From: an uncultured Nitrososphaerota archaeon
GTDB lineage: Archaea > Thermoproteota > Nitrososphaeria > Nitrososphaerales > Gagatemarchaeaceae
DNA length: 64,000 nt
Reading direction: 5' to 3'
Assembly (NCBI GenBank): GCA_963718895.1
Contig: CAVRAG010000008.1
Coordinates: 512,001 to 576,000, forward strand
Made by a program: the position numbers and the translations under genes. Below the pieces are notes generated by a model. The model saw only the letters and a program-made list of their open reading frames with translations. It ran no database searches and was not told the origin of the DNA. How positions within the stretch are numbered: the first letter of the stretch is position 1; every line of letters begins with the position of its first letter. Positions 48,764 to 60,337 of the stretch are shown in pieces.

Positions 48764-48770
48764 CTCACTC

Positions 48771-50226
48771 TCAAGGTCCGAAGATTATCCCGACGTTGTT
48801 GTCCGAGTAGTCGGCCACGTACATCCCGCCGTCGGCGACGTCGTAGGCCATCCCCTGGGGGAAGTTCCCGACCGGGACGATGAACGACGCCTTGTCCGTC
48901 AGCCCGTTGATCACCCAGACGTTGTCGTCACCCGCCGCAGGAGACGTAGAGCGTGCCGGTCGCCTGGTTCACCGCAACCCCGCCGGGGAGGTCCCCCACC
49001 GGTATCGTCGCGATTACCTGGTTGGCGTTGTTGACCACCGAGACGGTCCCGTCGGCATAGTTGGTCACGTAGACGTTGCCGTTCCACGGGTCGTAGGCGA
49101 CCGCTGTGGGGAAGGACCCGACCCGTATCGAGCCGATGACCGCGTTCGTGCCGGGATTCACCACAGTGACGTTGTTCGCGCCCTCCTGGGCGACGTAGAG
49201 GTACCCGTTGCCGGGGTCGAATGCGATGCCGGCAGGGAAGGACCCGATGTTGACCGTGTGGATGACCGCGTTGGTCGCGCTGTCGATCTCCGAGAGCGTC
49301 CCGTCCCCGTTGTTGGTCACATAGACCTGCCCGACCGAGGAAGCATAGGCCACACCCTGCGGGTTCGTCCCGACGGGCACCGTGGCGAGGAGAGCTGGTG
49401 CCGCTGATGACCGAGACCGTGTCCAGCCCGGCGTTCGCGACGTAGACGTCGTTGTTCGTCCCGTCGAAGGCCGCCGCGATCGGGCTCCCGCCCACGTTCA
49501 CCGTCGCGATGACCGCCAAGTTCGAGACGACGGAGACCGTGCCCGACTTGTAGTCCGTCACGTACACGTCAGTTGTTCGAGGTGTCATAGGCGAGCCCGT
49601 ACGGGTGCGCCCCAGCGTTGACAGTGGTCGAGCCGGACCCTTCCCCGTTGCAGTTCTGGACCACCGGGATGGCCTGGTTGATCGAGACGTAGACGCAGTC
49701 GCCGGCCGCCTCCGTCGCTGTCCTCCCCGGGAGAGTGCCTGAAGCCAGCCAGGTTCGCCAGCTCCGTATTGCTGGGGTTTGGCACGTGCCCCTCCGGTCA
49801 CGAGGTTGAGGCCCTCCGTGGCTGCTCGGGTTCGGGAGGCTGTCGGCGCCGCTAAGGAGCAGCGACTCGAGGTTCGATCCGGGCGGTCTGGACGTCTCCC
49901 GAGAGCAGGGCGAGCGCCTCCGACTGCAGGGTACCCAGGTTCTCCGTCGCAAGGAGCCCGAGGTTCTCCGTCCCTACCCTGCTCGGCAAAGAGTCGGCCA
50001 ACCCGAGGAGGAGGCTGTCGACGGCCGAGGCGCCGGGCAGCGAGTTCACCGGCCTGAGGTTGAGGAGCTCGTTCTGGACCGTGTTGGGGACGCCCTCGAT
50101 TGCCGAGAGCGTCAGCGACTCCATCAGCGAGGCGCTGAGGGCGTTTGCAGCGATCACAAAGGTGAAAACGGCGGCAAGGGCCGAGATGAGGAGTACGATC
50201 CGGCGTCTGCGCTTGCCAAGCCGCAA
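48771..50226 (-). CDS. Membrane-anchored YVTN/YncE beta-propeller protein, frameshifted
   Basis: KRRRR plus hydrophobic helix; ~7 repeats of VG..P..A.D...VYV.N. Confidence 0.82.
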
Positions 50227-50240
50227 CCCTAGTCTCGCTC

Positions 50241-51516
50241 TCAGCTCATGCTCATCTCGAAGGTCGTGGTGATTGACGAGTCGGCGGGGACCGCGAGGGC
50301 GCTGAACGTGTTCCTGATCAGCAGGAAGAGTAGGTCGCGGAGCCGAATGACTGGTAGTAGCCCGCCTCGGTGAACGAGGTCGCAACGGGCGTCGGGATGA
50401 CCGCGGTCACGGCCACGTAGGGCGAGAAGACGAAGCTGTTCACCGCCGTGTACGTCAGGACCGGCTGGCAGAGGTTGACGGCGCTCCGGGACTGGGCGAA
50501 CCCGCCGGGGTTGTGACGGGCAGGTCGAGGCGGTGCCGGTCCCCACCCTTATCGCGGAGTCCGCGCCGGTGGTGCCAGAGCCGAGGTCCGCCCTCGGGGC
50601 CTGCCGTAGGTGTCGATGTAGCGGACATCCGCTGTAGGCCGAGGTAGCGAGGACGTAGACCCAGACCGACTGCGCGGTCCCGCTGGTGGGCGTGAGCATG
50701 ACGGACGACACGGTGCCGAGCGGGTTGGCGAAGATGGCCGCCAGCAGCGTCCCGAGGTTGTTGTTGTAGGCCGTGCTGCCCAGCTGGACAGTGTACTGGA
50801 TCGAGATGGTGTTCCCGGCCGAGACCGGCGACGGTCGAGAAGGTGTCGTGGAACATCAGGAAGTCGGCCCAGGACGTCGCCGGCGATGAACCAGTTCTCG
50901 AAGAACCCGACCTCGGATATGCTCGCGGCCGTCCCGGCGATGATCCCGGCGCCGAAGACGATGTTGCCCGTCGACGGGTCGTAGGTGGGCTGGGTCACGG
51001 TCACGAGGGACTGGTACTGGGCCGTCAGCTTGTGGTCAGTCCTGGCGACCGCCGTCGTGCCCGTCCCGACCGCGATGTAGCCCCCGGCGTAGGGCGCGGA
51101 GCTGACTCGCAGGCCCAGGTGCAGGTCGTGTAGGTGCTGAGCGAGTCCCTCCCGATCAGGGTGTCGACCGTCCCGGTGGTGTCGGTCATCGTGAACGTCG
51201 AGGGCGCGCTGCTGTAGCCCTCGTTGGTCAGCCAGGAAGCGAGGAAGTTCATGAAGTTGTTCATGACCATGTCGTCGTTCTGGGTCACCGAGGCCTTGAG
51301 GGCGCCGCTGGAGTCGTAGACCTTGACCGAGAGCTGCGCGGCCAGCGGAAAGTTGGGTGTGGGGGCTCCCGAGGAAGCCGCGCTCTGGTGAGCGAGAGAG
51401 AAACCGTAGACGCCTGCCATCGAGCTTACTGCGACTATCACGCCGAGGAATAGAACGAGGATCGCAGTCCTGTGCCCATGGCCAGTGACCTCAGCTGGAT
51501 TGGTGGCCAGTCTCAT
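50241..51516 (-). CDS. Signal/TM-anchored protein with two tandem phage-tail-like beta domains, frameshifted
   Basis: Repeat 1 YIAVGTGTTAV..TD..L...ISEVGFF...LMFHDTF..V.V..G.TI.I.Y.V; repeat 2 IRVGTGT...FTEAGYY...LLIRNTF...V...SI...F. Confidence 0.6.
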
Positions 51517-51716
51517 GGCATCACTTTTGGCCTGTAAGACATTGGCGAAATGGTTAGCAGAGTACAGTGGAGAAGAGGCACGATTACCGGTCGAGGCGGG
51601 TAATTGCTTCAGTGTCTTTTGTAAGATTCACAATAATATTTAAGCGCGAGACGGCGGAACGTCTCTTCTGTGGGATCAGGCCCTGGATTTGAACCTCGGC
51701 AGCCTGCTGAGGACAC

Positions 51717-52050
51717 CTAAGCAAGCTTGGACCCGTTGGGGACCATGCGCTCTGGTTGCGAAAGGACCACCTCCCCGTCGCCCACGATGAACCCCGTGGT
51801 GAGGACCTCGGAGACGAAACCGGCGACCCGCTTCGGGGGGAAGTTGGTGACACAGATGACCGGTCTTCCTATGAGCTCGTCGGTCGAATACAGAGTGGTT
51901 ATCTGCGCGCTCGACTTTTTGATTCCGAGAACCCCGAGGTCTATGGTTAGCTTGTAGGCCGGCTTTTTGGCCTCCGGGAATTCATCCGCCCTGAGTATCG
52001 TACCAACCCTGAGCTCGACCTTCTCGAAGTCTTCCCACGTGATATGATCC
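51717..52050 (-). CDS. csaA: CsaA/Trbp111 tRNA-binding export chaperone; start codon not clean
   Basis: [46 protein letters not shown]. Confidence 0.88.
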
Positions 52051-53882
52051 TATGAATTGCGTTCAGGTTCCATTAACTGGGTCGCCTTCTCCTTACTTGC
52101 CTTCATCCTGGCATCCCTGTGACTCGCAGTCTCGCCCCACTGTGAAACCTCCAGGGCCTCCACGTTTCTCGAAGTGGGAATCGGAGCTTGCGGATGTGGT
52201 TCACTCGCGACTCGATCCCCAGGCCGCGCCCTTATGGCCTCATCGAGCGAGGCACCTCCCCGGAAGTAGGAGATGACAAGCGCGAGGACCGAGATCCCCA
52301 ACCCGATGTAGAAGGTGACGCGCAGCGCAGACATGAAAGCGGGCGCTATGGCGTTGGGGAAGAAGGTGTTCCCGGTCAGATACGTGGTCGTCGCCGCGGA
52401 TCGACGAGGTCACAGAGGCAGGGAGGCTCGTCAGTATCGAACTCACGGGGTTGAAGCCGAGAAAGGCGGCGAAGACCGCGCTCGTCGCGGGTATGTGATA
52501 GAAGTACTGGGAGAGCTGCGGGGCTCCGGCCGAGGACATCGCGGATGTGAAGGCACCCGGGAGGCTGCTCGTGAGGGACGAGATTATTATCGTGAAGAAG
52601 ATCGCGAGGCTGATGTGGGCGTGTTCTGGAGGGTAGCGCGCACCCCGGAGGCGACGCCCCGGTCCTGGGGCGGGACGGAGTTCATGATCGAGAGGACGTT
52701 CGGTGACGCGAACATCCCGCTGCCGATTCCCATCACGAAGATTATCAGGGCGAAGGGTACGTAGTTGAAGTTGTAGGGAAGGAACGTGAGGGCGAAGAAG
52801 GAGACCGCCGAGACCCCCAGGCCCAGGGTCGTGAGCGTCCTTGTGCCGTACTTGTCCGCGAGCGAGCCGCTCACGGGCCCCATGACCACGAAGCCGACCA
52901 GCAGAGGGAGGATGAAGATCCCCGACCAGAACGGAGTCGAGTTGTAGGTGTACCCGTGGAGCGGGAGCCAGATCCCCTGGAGGAGTATTATCAGCATTAT
53001 CTGCACGCCGCCCCTCGCTATCGACGCGAGCAGCCCGGCGATGTTGGCGGCGGCGAACATCCTGTTCCTGAAGAGCCCGAGGTTGAACATCGGCTCGGCG
53101 ACGCGGGACTCGATGAAAGGGAAAGCCACGAGGAGGGCCGAACCGATGACCATCGAAGCGATGACCCATGGGTCTCCCCAGCCCGTGCTGGCCGACCCGT
53201 AGGGGATCAGCCCGTAGGAGATCCCGATGAGCAGGAGGGTGAGGCCGATCCCGAACGTGGCGTTCCCCCAGACGTCGAGCTTCTGGTTCGCCCGTATGTT
53301 CGCGGTCTCCTTGAGCTTCCAGTAGGACCAGATCGTCCCGACTATCCCCACAGGGACGCTTACGAGGAAGACGTACCTCCAGTTGAAGGTGGCCAGGACC
53401 CCGCCCAGGATGAGGCCTATGGTCGACCCGGCGAGGACCGAGATCATGTTGATTCCCAGGGCACGGCCCCGTTCGTTCGCAGGGAACGCGTCGGTGATTA
53501 TGGCGGCCCCGTTCGCGAAGAGGAAAGCGCCTCCGACCCCCTGGACTATCCTGAATACGATCAGCTCCTCGGCTCCCAGGTCTCCGGTGCTGGGTGTCAG
53601 GTAGAGGAGGGTCGACCCCACCGTGAATATGGCAAAGCCGAGGTTGTAGAGCTTCACCCTCCCGAACATGTCCGAGATCCTTCCGAACGTGACGAGGAGG
53701 GTCGAGGTCACGACGCTGTAGCCGAAGAGCAGCCAGAGAAGGTACTGGAACGACGTCAGAGGGTCGATTTGAATTCCCCTGAATATCGCGGGAAGCGAGA
53801 TTAGAACTATCGTTGTGTCGATTGACGCCATCAAAACGCCGATGGTGGTGTTCGAGAGCGCGATCCACTTGTACTCGACCAT
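52050..53882 (-). CDS. DHA2-type MFS transporter; frameshifts in the 3' part
   Basis: [26 protein letters not shown]; ~14 TM helices. Confidence 0.9.
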
Positions 53883-53999
53883 GGGGCTTGTTGCGAGAAC
53901 AGCTCACTGGCAGATATTTAACCAGTCGAGCATCCTCCAGCTCAGGACCGTCCGCTTCGTGGGCCTAGTTTATCTAATCAACGCGGTTGCTTGCGGGGC

Positions 54000-54451
54000 A
54001 TGATCGGGAGAGGGGACGAGCAGGCGAAGGCGGAGGTCGCCGCGTTCATCCGGTCGTTCTTCGAGGTGGGGAAGAGCAAAGATCTTACGTCCCTGCTGGA
54101 CTTCCACTCGCCGGCCAGCCTCTTCACGAAGTTCGACGAGAACCCGCCCTACACCCGGCAGAACTCCGAGGAGGCGTTCATCTACGAGCAGGCTGCCTTC
54201 GCAAACATCTCGGACTACGAGTACAAATCGACGGGCAGAAGATAGACCTCGTAGGGGAGGTGGCAATCGCGACATTCTACCTCACGTTCACGGGGGTCTT
54301 CGTCAACGACTATTCCTTCGAGGGGATGACGGTCGGCTCGAAGTCGAGGGTCACGATGGTGCTGGCGAGGTTCGGCGGGTCATGGAAGATTGTCCATGCG
54401 CACTTCAGCCCCTTCCCCGACATCCCGAAGGAAAAGAGCCCCCGTCGCTAG
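54000..54451 (+). CDS. SnoaL/NTF2-like protein; frameshift near 54230
   Basis: C-terminal SRVTMVL..FGGSWKIVHAHFS. Confidence 0.75.
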
Positions 54452-54457
54452 CCGGAT

Positions 54458-56033
54458 CTAACCTAGACTGTGCCGGAGCTTGGCCGCCTGATTGAAAGCG
54501 TCGCGCGCCTCTGCATCCTCGCCCTCCACATAGGAGATGAGGAAGTTGTTGGTGAAGTTCTCGTGCTTCTTGCTGTCGTTGCTCCTCGGGCCTAACTTCA
54601 GCGAGAACCGCTCCTCGACCGCGGAGAGGTCTGCCACGAGCTTTCCGAGCGAGTCCCTGAAGTTCTCTCTGCCGACACCCGCGACCTTCGCGACGCGTGG
54701 GTACAGCTCCATCATCATGTTTATCGTCTGCCAGGAGACGAGCGAGCCTACGGCCCTGAAGTCCTTCCTCAGGTTGACATAGGTGTTCTCTAGTGCTTTC
54801 CATTCCTCCCCACTCATCTCGGCGAGCGCGCTCGCTCCGATAAACTCTGGAGGGATGCCGACTGAATAGAAAGCGGCGGCGAAGGGTATCGCCCTTGGCA
54901 TGGCCTTTCCCTTCACCATCCTGCTGTACCCGAAGAGGCCTATGTGCAGCTTCCTGGCCCGACGCCTTGGGACGAACTCGGCTATGCTATTGATGAAGGG
55001 CGCGAGTTCCTCGATCCTGGACTGATAGGAGGCGATCAGCTTGTACATTGCGGTCCGGAGCAGCTTCTCGTCGCCGTCTCCTATCATCGAGGGCTTCCGG
55101 TCGGGAAGTCTGGAGTTGAGCGCGGCGATGGCGGCTCGCACCTTCGCGAGCGGATAGTCATACCTGAAGGCGGACTGGACGGTGACCGTGCTCAGACCCT
55201 TGTACTCCTCGAGGAAGCCGTCCACGTTCGTCGGCGAGAGGTGCCCCCTGAACGGCATCGAGCCCACACCTATCATGGGGTGCATCTCCACCCCCGTGGA
55301 GACCTCGAGCGAGTGGAGCTTCGATAGCGCTATCTTGGCGAGGAGGACCGCGGGAACGAGGCCGTAGTTGAGGGCCGGGTCGGAACGGGCGATGAAGACG
55401 CGCAACCTGTCGACCTTCACCAGACCCAGATACTCCTTCAGCAGCTCGTCGATCAGGAGCAGGTGCTCCATGTCCTCGATGAGCGGGATGACGTCGATCT
55501 CCTTGGGCCTGATCTCTCCGATCCAGTCCCTCACCGTCATGGAACCTGAGAGCTTCATGTTCTGGACGCCCGGCGATCGCCTTGCCATAGTAGTCATGGA
55601 GCCACGCGAGTTCCCTTCCGCTCGTAGTGAAGGGCAGTATGACCTCGAAGACCGGCACCGCCTCCCTCTTGTGGAAGACGGTGGCGACGTCGGAGCTCAG
55701 AGGAATCGTGTCCAGCGTCGTGGTCACGATCTTCCGCTCAGCGATCTCGATCTGGGGGTTCGGGATGCGGTAGGTTAGGTAGATGTCCTCCCCGATTACT
55801 TTCTTATGGAAGTAGTCGGGATAAGAGCTGAAGAGCTTGCGGACGACGTTCGTGTCGACGTCCTTTCCTTCTGAGTCCCACATCACCTCGTCGCAGCCAA
55901 GGTCCCTGTACGCGAAGACGGCCTCTCGAAGCTCGGCCTCACCCTCTATGATCTCGTTCTCGGCCCACGGCGGCGGGGAGACGTTGTCCGGGTGCTGGGT
56001 GGACATCGTGCGAGGGATTCTTCGGTCTTTCAA
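54458..56033 (-). CDS. ppcA: Archaeal-type PEP carboxylase; frameshift near 55580
   Basis: IPRTMSTQHPDN, MWDSEGK, VFIARSDPALNYG, GS.PFRG, PRAI.F. Confidence 0.93.
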
Positions 56034-56132
56034 GCTGCCGGGGTCGGAGCGGCCCTCTGGGTTCGAAGGTAGATTAACTAATCGGGGCTCCGAATAGTCT
56101 ACCGGTCTCCCGAGACGAGAAGGCGGCCCGAC

Positions 56133-56877
56133 TCAATGGTTGATGGTGTTGAACGCTTGGTCAAGCTCGTTCTTGGAGCTGGACATCCACCTCTTTGAGG
56201 GGCCAATGGCGATCTCAAGGACATCCTCTTCCAGGCCTCTGACGACGGCCTCGGCCACCTCCGACGAAGACGCGGTCCACTCGGCCCTTTCTATGGGCTT
56301 GCCCTTCAGCTCGGTGTCGTAGACTGTCGGAGGGATTACCTCATAGACCTTCACGGATGTTCCTCTCAGTTGATGTCTCAACGACATCGTGAAAGAGTGA
56401 ATCGCGGCCTTCGTCGCAGAGTAGATGGGGAAGACTGTCAGGGGCACGAAACCCAGACCGGAAGATACATTGACTATCGCAGCCTCCTTGCGCTTCAGAA
56501 GCATCGGCACAAACTGGGCGGACGAGATAGACCTGCGCCTTGAAGTTTATGTCGATTTCGTCCTCTTGGTCCAGCAGGTCCTTTGTTCCCTTGGTGAAGT
56601 CCACCCGCCTCTGAATCCCCGCGTTGTTGACCAGCACATCGAGAGTCTTGAAATTATCCTCGACCCAGGCGTAGAGGGCCTGGCGATCGCTCTCCTTTGA
56701 GACATCGCACTGCCTAACGCTCAGAGCAGGGAGCATCTTCTTGGCGTCCTCTAACCTGTCCAATCTTCTGCCGCAGATTATCACCCTGTTCCCTAGCTTC
56801 ACAAAGGATTCCGCCAGGGCCCAGCCTATCCCGGTGGCACCTCCCGTGATCAAGATGATCTTGTCTCTTGTCTTCAC
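56133..56877 (-). CDS. Short-chain dehydrogenase (DltE-like); frameshift near 56520
   Basis: TGGATGIG, NNAGIQ, VSSGL, YSATKA. Confidence 0.88.
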
Positions 56878-56989
56878 TTGTATCTGAATCTCGGTTGCAC
56901 TTGGAAGACTACCCGGCTTTATAGCGTATCGCTCTTGCCTGAACACGTCTTCGCGGTATGATCTGCAACCTACTCTGGGTCTAAAGCCG

Positions 56990-57009
56990 GTGGGCCCGGA
57001 GAGATGTGA
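56990..57009 (-). repeat. Duplicated 3' end of the CAU tRNA (att-like)
   Basis: GTGGGCCCGGAGAGATGTGA vs GTGGGCCCGGAGAGATTTGA at 58270 (19/20). Confidence 0.75.
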
Positions 57010-57161
57010 CTACAGTTGTGTTCAAATCAGCATCAAGGAATGGTCCACAGGTTCAAGTCCGGCAGCATCTAGTCCCTAACTAGGTTCAAGCCCATGGCGA
57101 CAGCGTTCGATGAGAAGAAACACTTAAATCTGATTATAGCATTATCTCCGATAGAGCCTGG

Positions 57162-57407
57162 TTGTCGGAAGAAACGATTGTGGTCGGAAAGCGCGGCGAG
57201 ATATACACCGACGAGAAGCTGCGGAAGAAGGTGGGAATAAGGAAGGGCGGGCGCGTCAAGGCCACCGTGGTGGATGGCAAGCTGGTGATCGAGCCCATCG
57301 CTTCCGTTGAGGACTTAATCAAGAGCAGCCCTCTAATCTCTACGAGCGTGGAGAAGGTCGAGGAAGTGAGCGAGGAGGCTCAGAAGGAGGAAGAGGCCTT
57401 TGGTTGA
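57162..57407 (+). CDS. AbrB/MazE-type antitoxin
   Basis: VGKRGEI....LRKKVGI..G..V.....G.LVIEP; acidic C-terminus. Confidence 0.82.
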   Translation: MSEETIVVGKRGEIYTDEKLRKKVGIRKGGRVKATVVDGKLVIEPIASVEDLIKSSPLISTSVEKVEEVSEEAQKEEEAFG

Positions 57408-57858
57408 GCCACTCCTGCTAGACACAACGTACTTGCTTCCAGTGTTCGGAATCGACGTCGGACTCGCTAGGTTCGAGATCAAATTCCCGGAAATGCTCGA
57501 TGAATACGATATCCGCTACAACCCCGTCAGCCTACTCGAGGCCAAATGGATCAGCCTTAGGATTGGTCGACATGCCGACCGAGACAAGTTTCTCGCGAGG
57601 TATAGATCAGGCCTCGGCGCCATCATGGCCGACAAGAGGATGAAGCAGACCCGGCTCACCGATGGTGCCGTCGAGCTAATAGCCGATAGACTACTTGCTG
57701 ACAACCGCCTCGACGACTACTTTGACAGGATGATCTACGCCACAGCTGCAGCCGAGAACAGCTACCTCCTCACCGAGGACAGGGTGCTGCTGGGCTTGAT
57801 GCGTGCCAAGGGTGAGCCCATGCCGCGCAGCATCTATTCTTGGAAGGGCGTTCCATAA
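57400..57858 (+). CDS. vapC: PIN-domain VapC toxin
   Basis: LLDTTYL, SLLE, DYFDRMIYATA, LLTED; overlaps the antitoxin. Confidence 0.85.
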   Translation: MVEPLLLDTTYLLPVFGIDVGLARFEIKFPEMLDEYDIRYNPVSLLEAKWISLRIGRHADRDKFLARYRSGLGAIMADKRMKQTRLTDGAVELIADRLLADNRLDDYFDRMIYATAAAENSYLLTEDRVLLGLMRAKGEPMPRSIYSWKGVP

Positions 57859-58270
57859 GTCGCCGGACCGAGCTCGTTTGGGCTCGCCGGGCGGTTCGGA
57901 CCTATCCGAAGAGAGCAGGGTGTGCGCATTGCCACTATTTCGCCGGCGAGCCCTGCCAGGCCCGCCCGTGAATGGGTTCTCAAAGCGGACTCGGGCGAGA
58001 ACGGTTTTGCAGATTCGGTTACGCGCCGAAGTCTTAGATCGAGCACAAAGGACAGCAAGACGCGTATCGATCCAATTCCTCCGAGAGTCTTTGCCTGACT
58101 TGCATGTGATTCTTCGAACCGTGGTGCGGTGAACCCCCTACGCACAGCAGAGCTCAACTCTCTTTTCAAGACTAATGCTCAGAATGGAATTGACCTGGCC
58201 GTGGAGTCACCACATTAGCTCAATATCAGCTCAGAATGCCGAACGGAGTGATATCTGAGCTTGTTATCAG

Positions 58271-58403
58271 TGGGCCCGGAGAGATTTGAACTCTCGACCG
58301 CTCCCGCCAGGAGTATCACTGGTACCGGTTTCTCACGGGCTTCGATATGAGCCGGTCGCTCTAACCGAACTTCCCGCTAGCAACAGCTCTGAGCTACGGG
58401 CCC
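58271..58403 (-). tRNA. tRNA with CAU anticodon (probably Ile2), three introns: 15/16 (58388-58370), 37/38 (58345-58330), 43/44 (58323-58301)
   Basis: Acceptor stem GGGCCCG/CGGGCCC-A, anticodon stem ACCGG/CCGGT, T-arm GAGAG-TTCAAAT-CTCTC; BHB-like junctions. Confidence 0.88.
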
Positions 58404-58520
58404 TTGACTTCAGAGGCCCATACCGGCTCCTTTAAGACATTTCGAACTTTGCTAGTTCATGGTCTCCTGATACTCGCCTAGGGTCCATCCTGTTTTGAAC
58501 CTCAACTTAGCATGGCGTCG

Positions 58521-59726
58521 CTAGGGTCGACGTGCCGAAATCGTGAGGACAATGACTCTGGTAATCCAGCTTGTATCCGTAAGGGAGAGCGTAACATGTC
58601 CTGTTTGAGCGGCGGGAATCCTCTTCATGTCCCTGCGGAGTGACTTCAGCATGTCGGTCATCTGCTTCCTGATCGAGTCGTTCATCTCCGCCGGCACCCG
58701 ATAGTGTCCTTCCACCAGTAACCGAGCTTGGATGACTGTCCTACCTGCAAGCGAAAACAAATCGACGCCCGGTTGAGAGGGTTCTATCAAAGTTATGTCC
58801 GTCAGGCCGAGCTTGATCTTGGCCACGGCAAAGGCTATTTCGGCGCCAATACGACCGACATCGTACGGCGTCCCCACCTTTTGGACTAAACTCTCGAAGG
58901 ACCGAAGGAATCTCACGTGGTCTACCATGAATGCGCCTGAGACGTCCTCCATACCCTCAGGAATGGGGCAAGCTGCAATCTCTCCCAGACCGTACAGTGT
59001 CGTCGGGTCGAGTAGATAGACGATGGCTACATGGGGGTTGAACTTGCAATCACGGTATGCCCATCTGAGTCTTGCGCCGTCAGATGAAACAGAGAAGACT
59101 GGAGAGAATTCTCGACCTACACGTATTCCAATTCTAGGATAATGACGCCCATCATGATACAGTCTCAGGATTCGAGAGTTTCCGATGGCACCTCTGACAC
59201 GAATGTCAAGGTGTGCGCTGCCTTTGTCGAACTCAACTTCGCCTGATATCTCTCCCCGAATCTCGAGTCTCGAGACGTCGTTTACTGGAGGGCTCTGCAT
59301 CATCCGAAGAATTACGCCTCCAGGGAAAGTGCTGGAATCCAATTCAACCACATCAGACATCCATCTCATCCCGAGTTCATTCGCCAGCACGAAACCGGAG
59401 AGTCCGCTGAGGAAGTCATCCGGATTTGGTTCCGTAACTTGGGTCGTGAGGATGTCTCCCTGGCTCGCGAGATCGGGAGGAATTGTGGGAACCCATCTCT
59501 TACCACCCCGATAGCAACTATACATTCGGCAGCTCTTCTTGAGGAAAGTCAACATGAGCGTTATCGGAATCCCTTCCTCGAGACCACGGATTCTCTCGAC
59601 AAGACTGCTGCCGATAATGTAGCGGGAAGTCTGAGCTGATGAATACTCAAACGCGCGATTCTGGCTTCCGACCCTGAGCTGAATTTCCGCACCCTCGGGT
59701 CCTGGTCTTGAGTCGCTGGTGGGCAC
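58521..59726 (-). CDS. Hypothetical protein with a possible C-terminal PD-(D/E)xK fold
   Basis: 401-aa lower-GC ORF; GRIGAEIA...PGVDLFS...TVIQAR pattern. Confidence 0.55.
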   Translation of the reverse strand: MPTSDSRPGPEGAEIQLRVGSQNRAFEYSSAQTSRYIIGSSLVERIRGLEEGIPITLMLTFLKKSCRMYSCYRGGKRWVPTIPPDLASQGDILTTQVTEPNPDDFLSGLSGFVLANELGMRWMSDVVELDSSTFPGGVILRMMQSPPVNDVSRLEIRGEISGEVEFDKGSAHLDIRVRGAIGNSRILRLYHDGRHYPRIGIRVGREFSPVFSVSSDGARLRWAYRDCKFNPHVAIVYLLDPTTLYGLGEIAACPIPEGMEDVSGAFMVDHVRFLRSFESLVQKVGTPYDVGRIGAEIAFAVAKIKLGLTDITLIEPSQPGVDLFSLAGRTVIQARLLVEGHYRVPAEMNDSIRKQMTDMLKSLRRDMKRIPAAQTGHVTLSLTDTSWITRVIVLTISARRP

Positions 59727-59794
59727 GCCTAAGCAAATTCCTTGAGGTTATATCCGCCACTGACCTGTAGAAATCCCAGATTCAGAGATTAGGG

Positions 59795-59846
59795 GCCGGT
59801 CGCTCTAACCGAACTTCCCGCTAGCGTAGCTCTGAGCTACGGGCCC
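59795..59846 (-). repeat. Duplicated 5' half of the CAU tRNA, including the D-loop intron
   Basis: Matches 58351-58403 except within the intron hairpin; stops at the anticodon loop. Confidence 0.85.
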
Positions 59847-59917
59847 TACGCCGCGACGGGTTGGACCCGGCCGTTTTAAGTCATTATTGGGCGACACCTA
59901 AGGTCTAAATATTATAT

Positions 59918-60241
59918 GTGAAGAGGCCTAAACCCGTAGCAGTGAGTAGCAAAGACCCCGATGAAGGTTTCGACGACATTCTGGCCGAGCTCGACCGCGA
60001 GGAGGCTCGAATCAGGGTGAGAATGGAGATGCGGAGGTTCGGAAAGCCGACCACCGTCGTCGAGGGTCTGAAGATGAGCGAGAAGGACCTTCACGAGCTG
60101 GGAACCAAGATGAAGAAGATCCTGGCGACGGGAGGCACCGTGAAGGACGGGATCATTATCCTGCAGGGGGACCACAGGGATCGCTGCGTGGAGATCTTGG
60201 TGAAGCAGGGCTTCTCCGAGAGCTCGATTGAAGTGATCTAG
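59918..60241 (+). CDS. Translation initiation factor SUI1/aIF-1
   Basis: RRFGK.TT.VEG, K..LATGGTVKDG.I.LQGDHR. Confidence 0.93.
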   Translation: MKRPKPVAVSSKDPDEGFDDILAELDREEARIRVRMEMRRFGKPTTVVEGLKMSEKDLHELGTKMKKILATGGTVKDGIIILQGDHRDRCVEILVKQGFSESSIEVI

Positions 60242-60337
60242 CCAGCCGGCCTCGCGGACCGCTCGAGTCGGCGAGCTGACGGTCTCAGCCCCGATAACAC
60301 TTAATTCGAGAGGTCTTAGGCGGGCACCACATATCAC

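Noticed and set aside
59795-59846. Split (trans-spliced) tRNA half
   Set aside because: A complete gene lies 1.4 kb away, and I see no GC-rich trailer complementary to a 3'-half leader.
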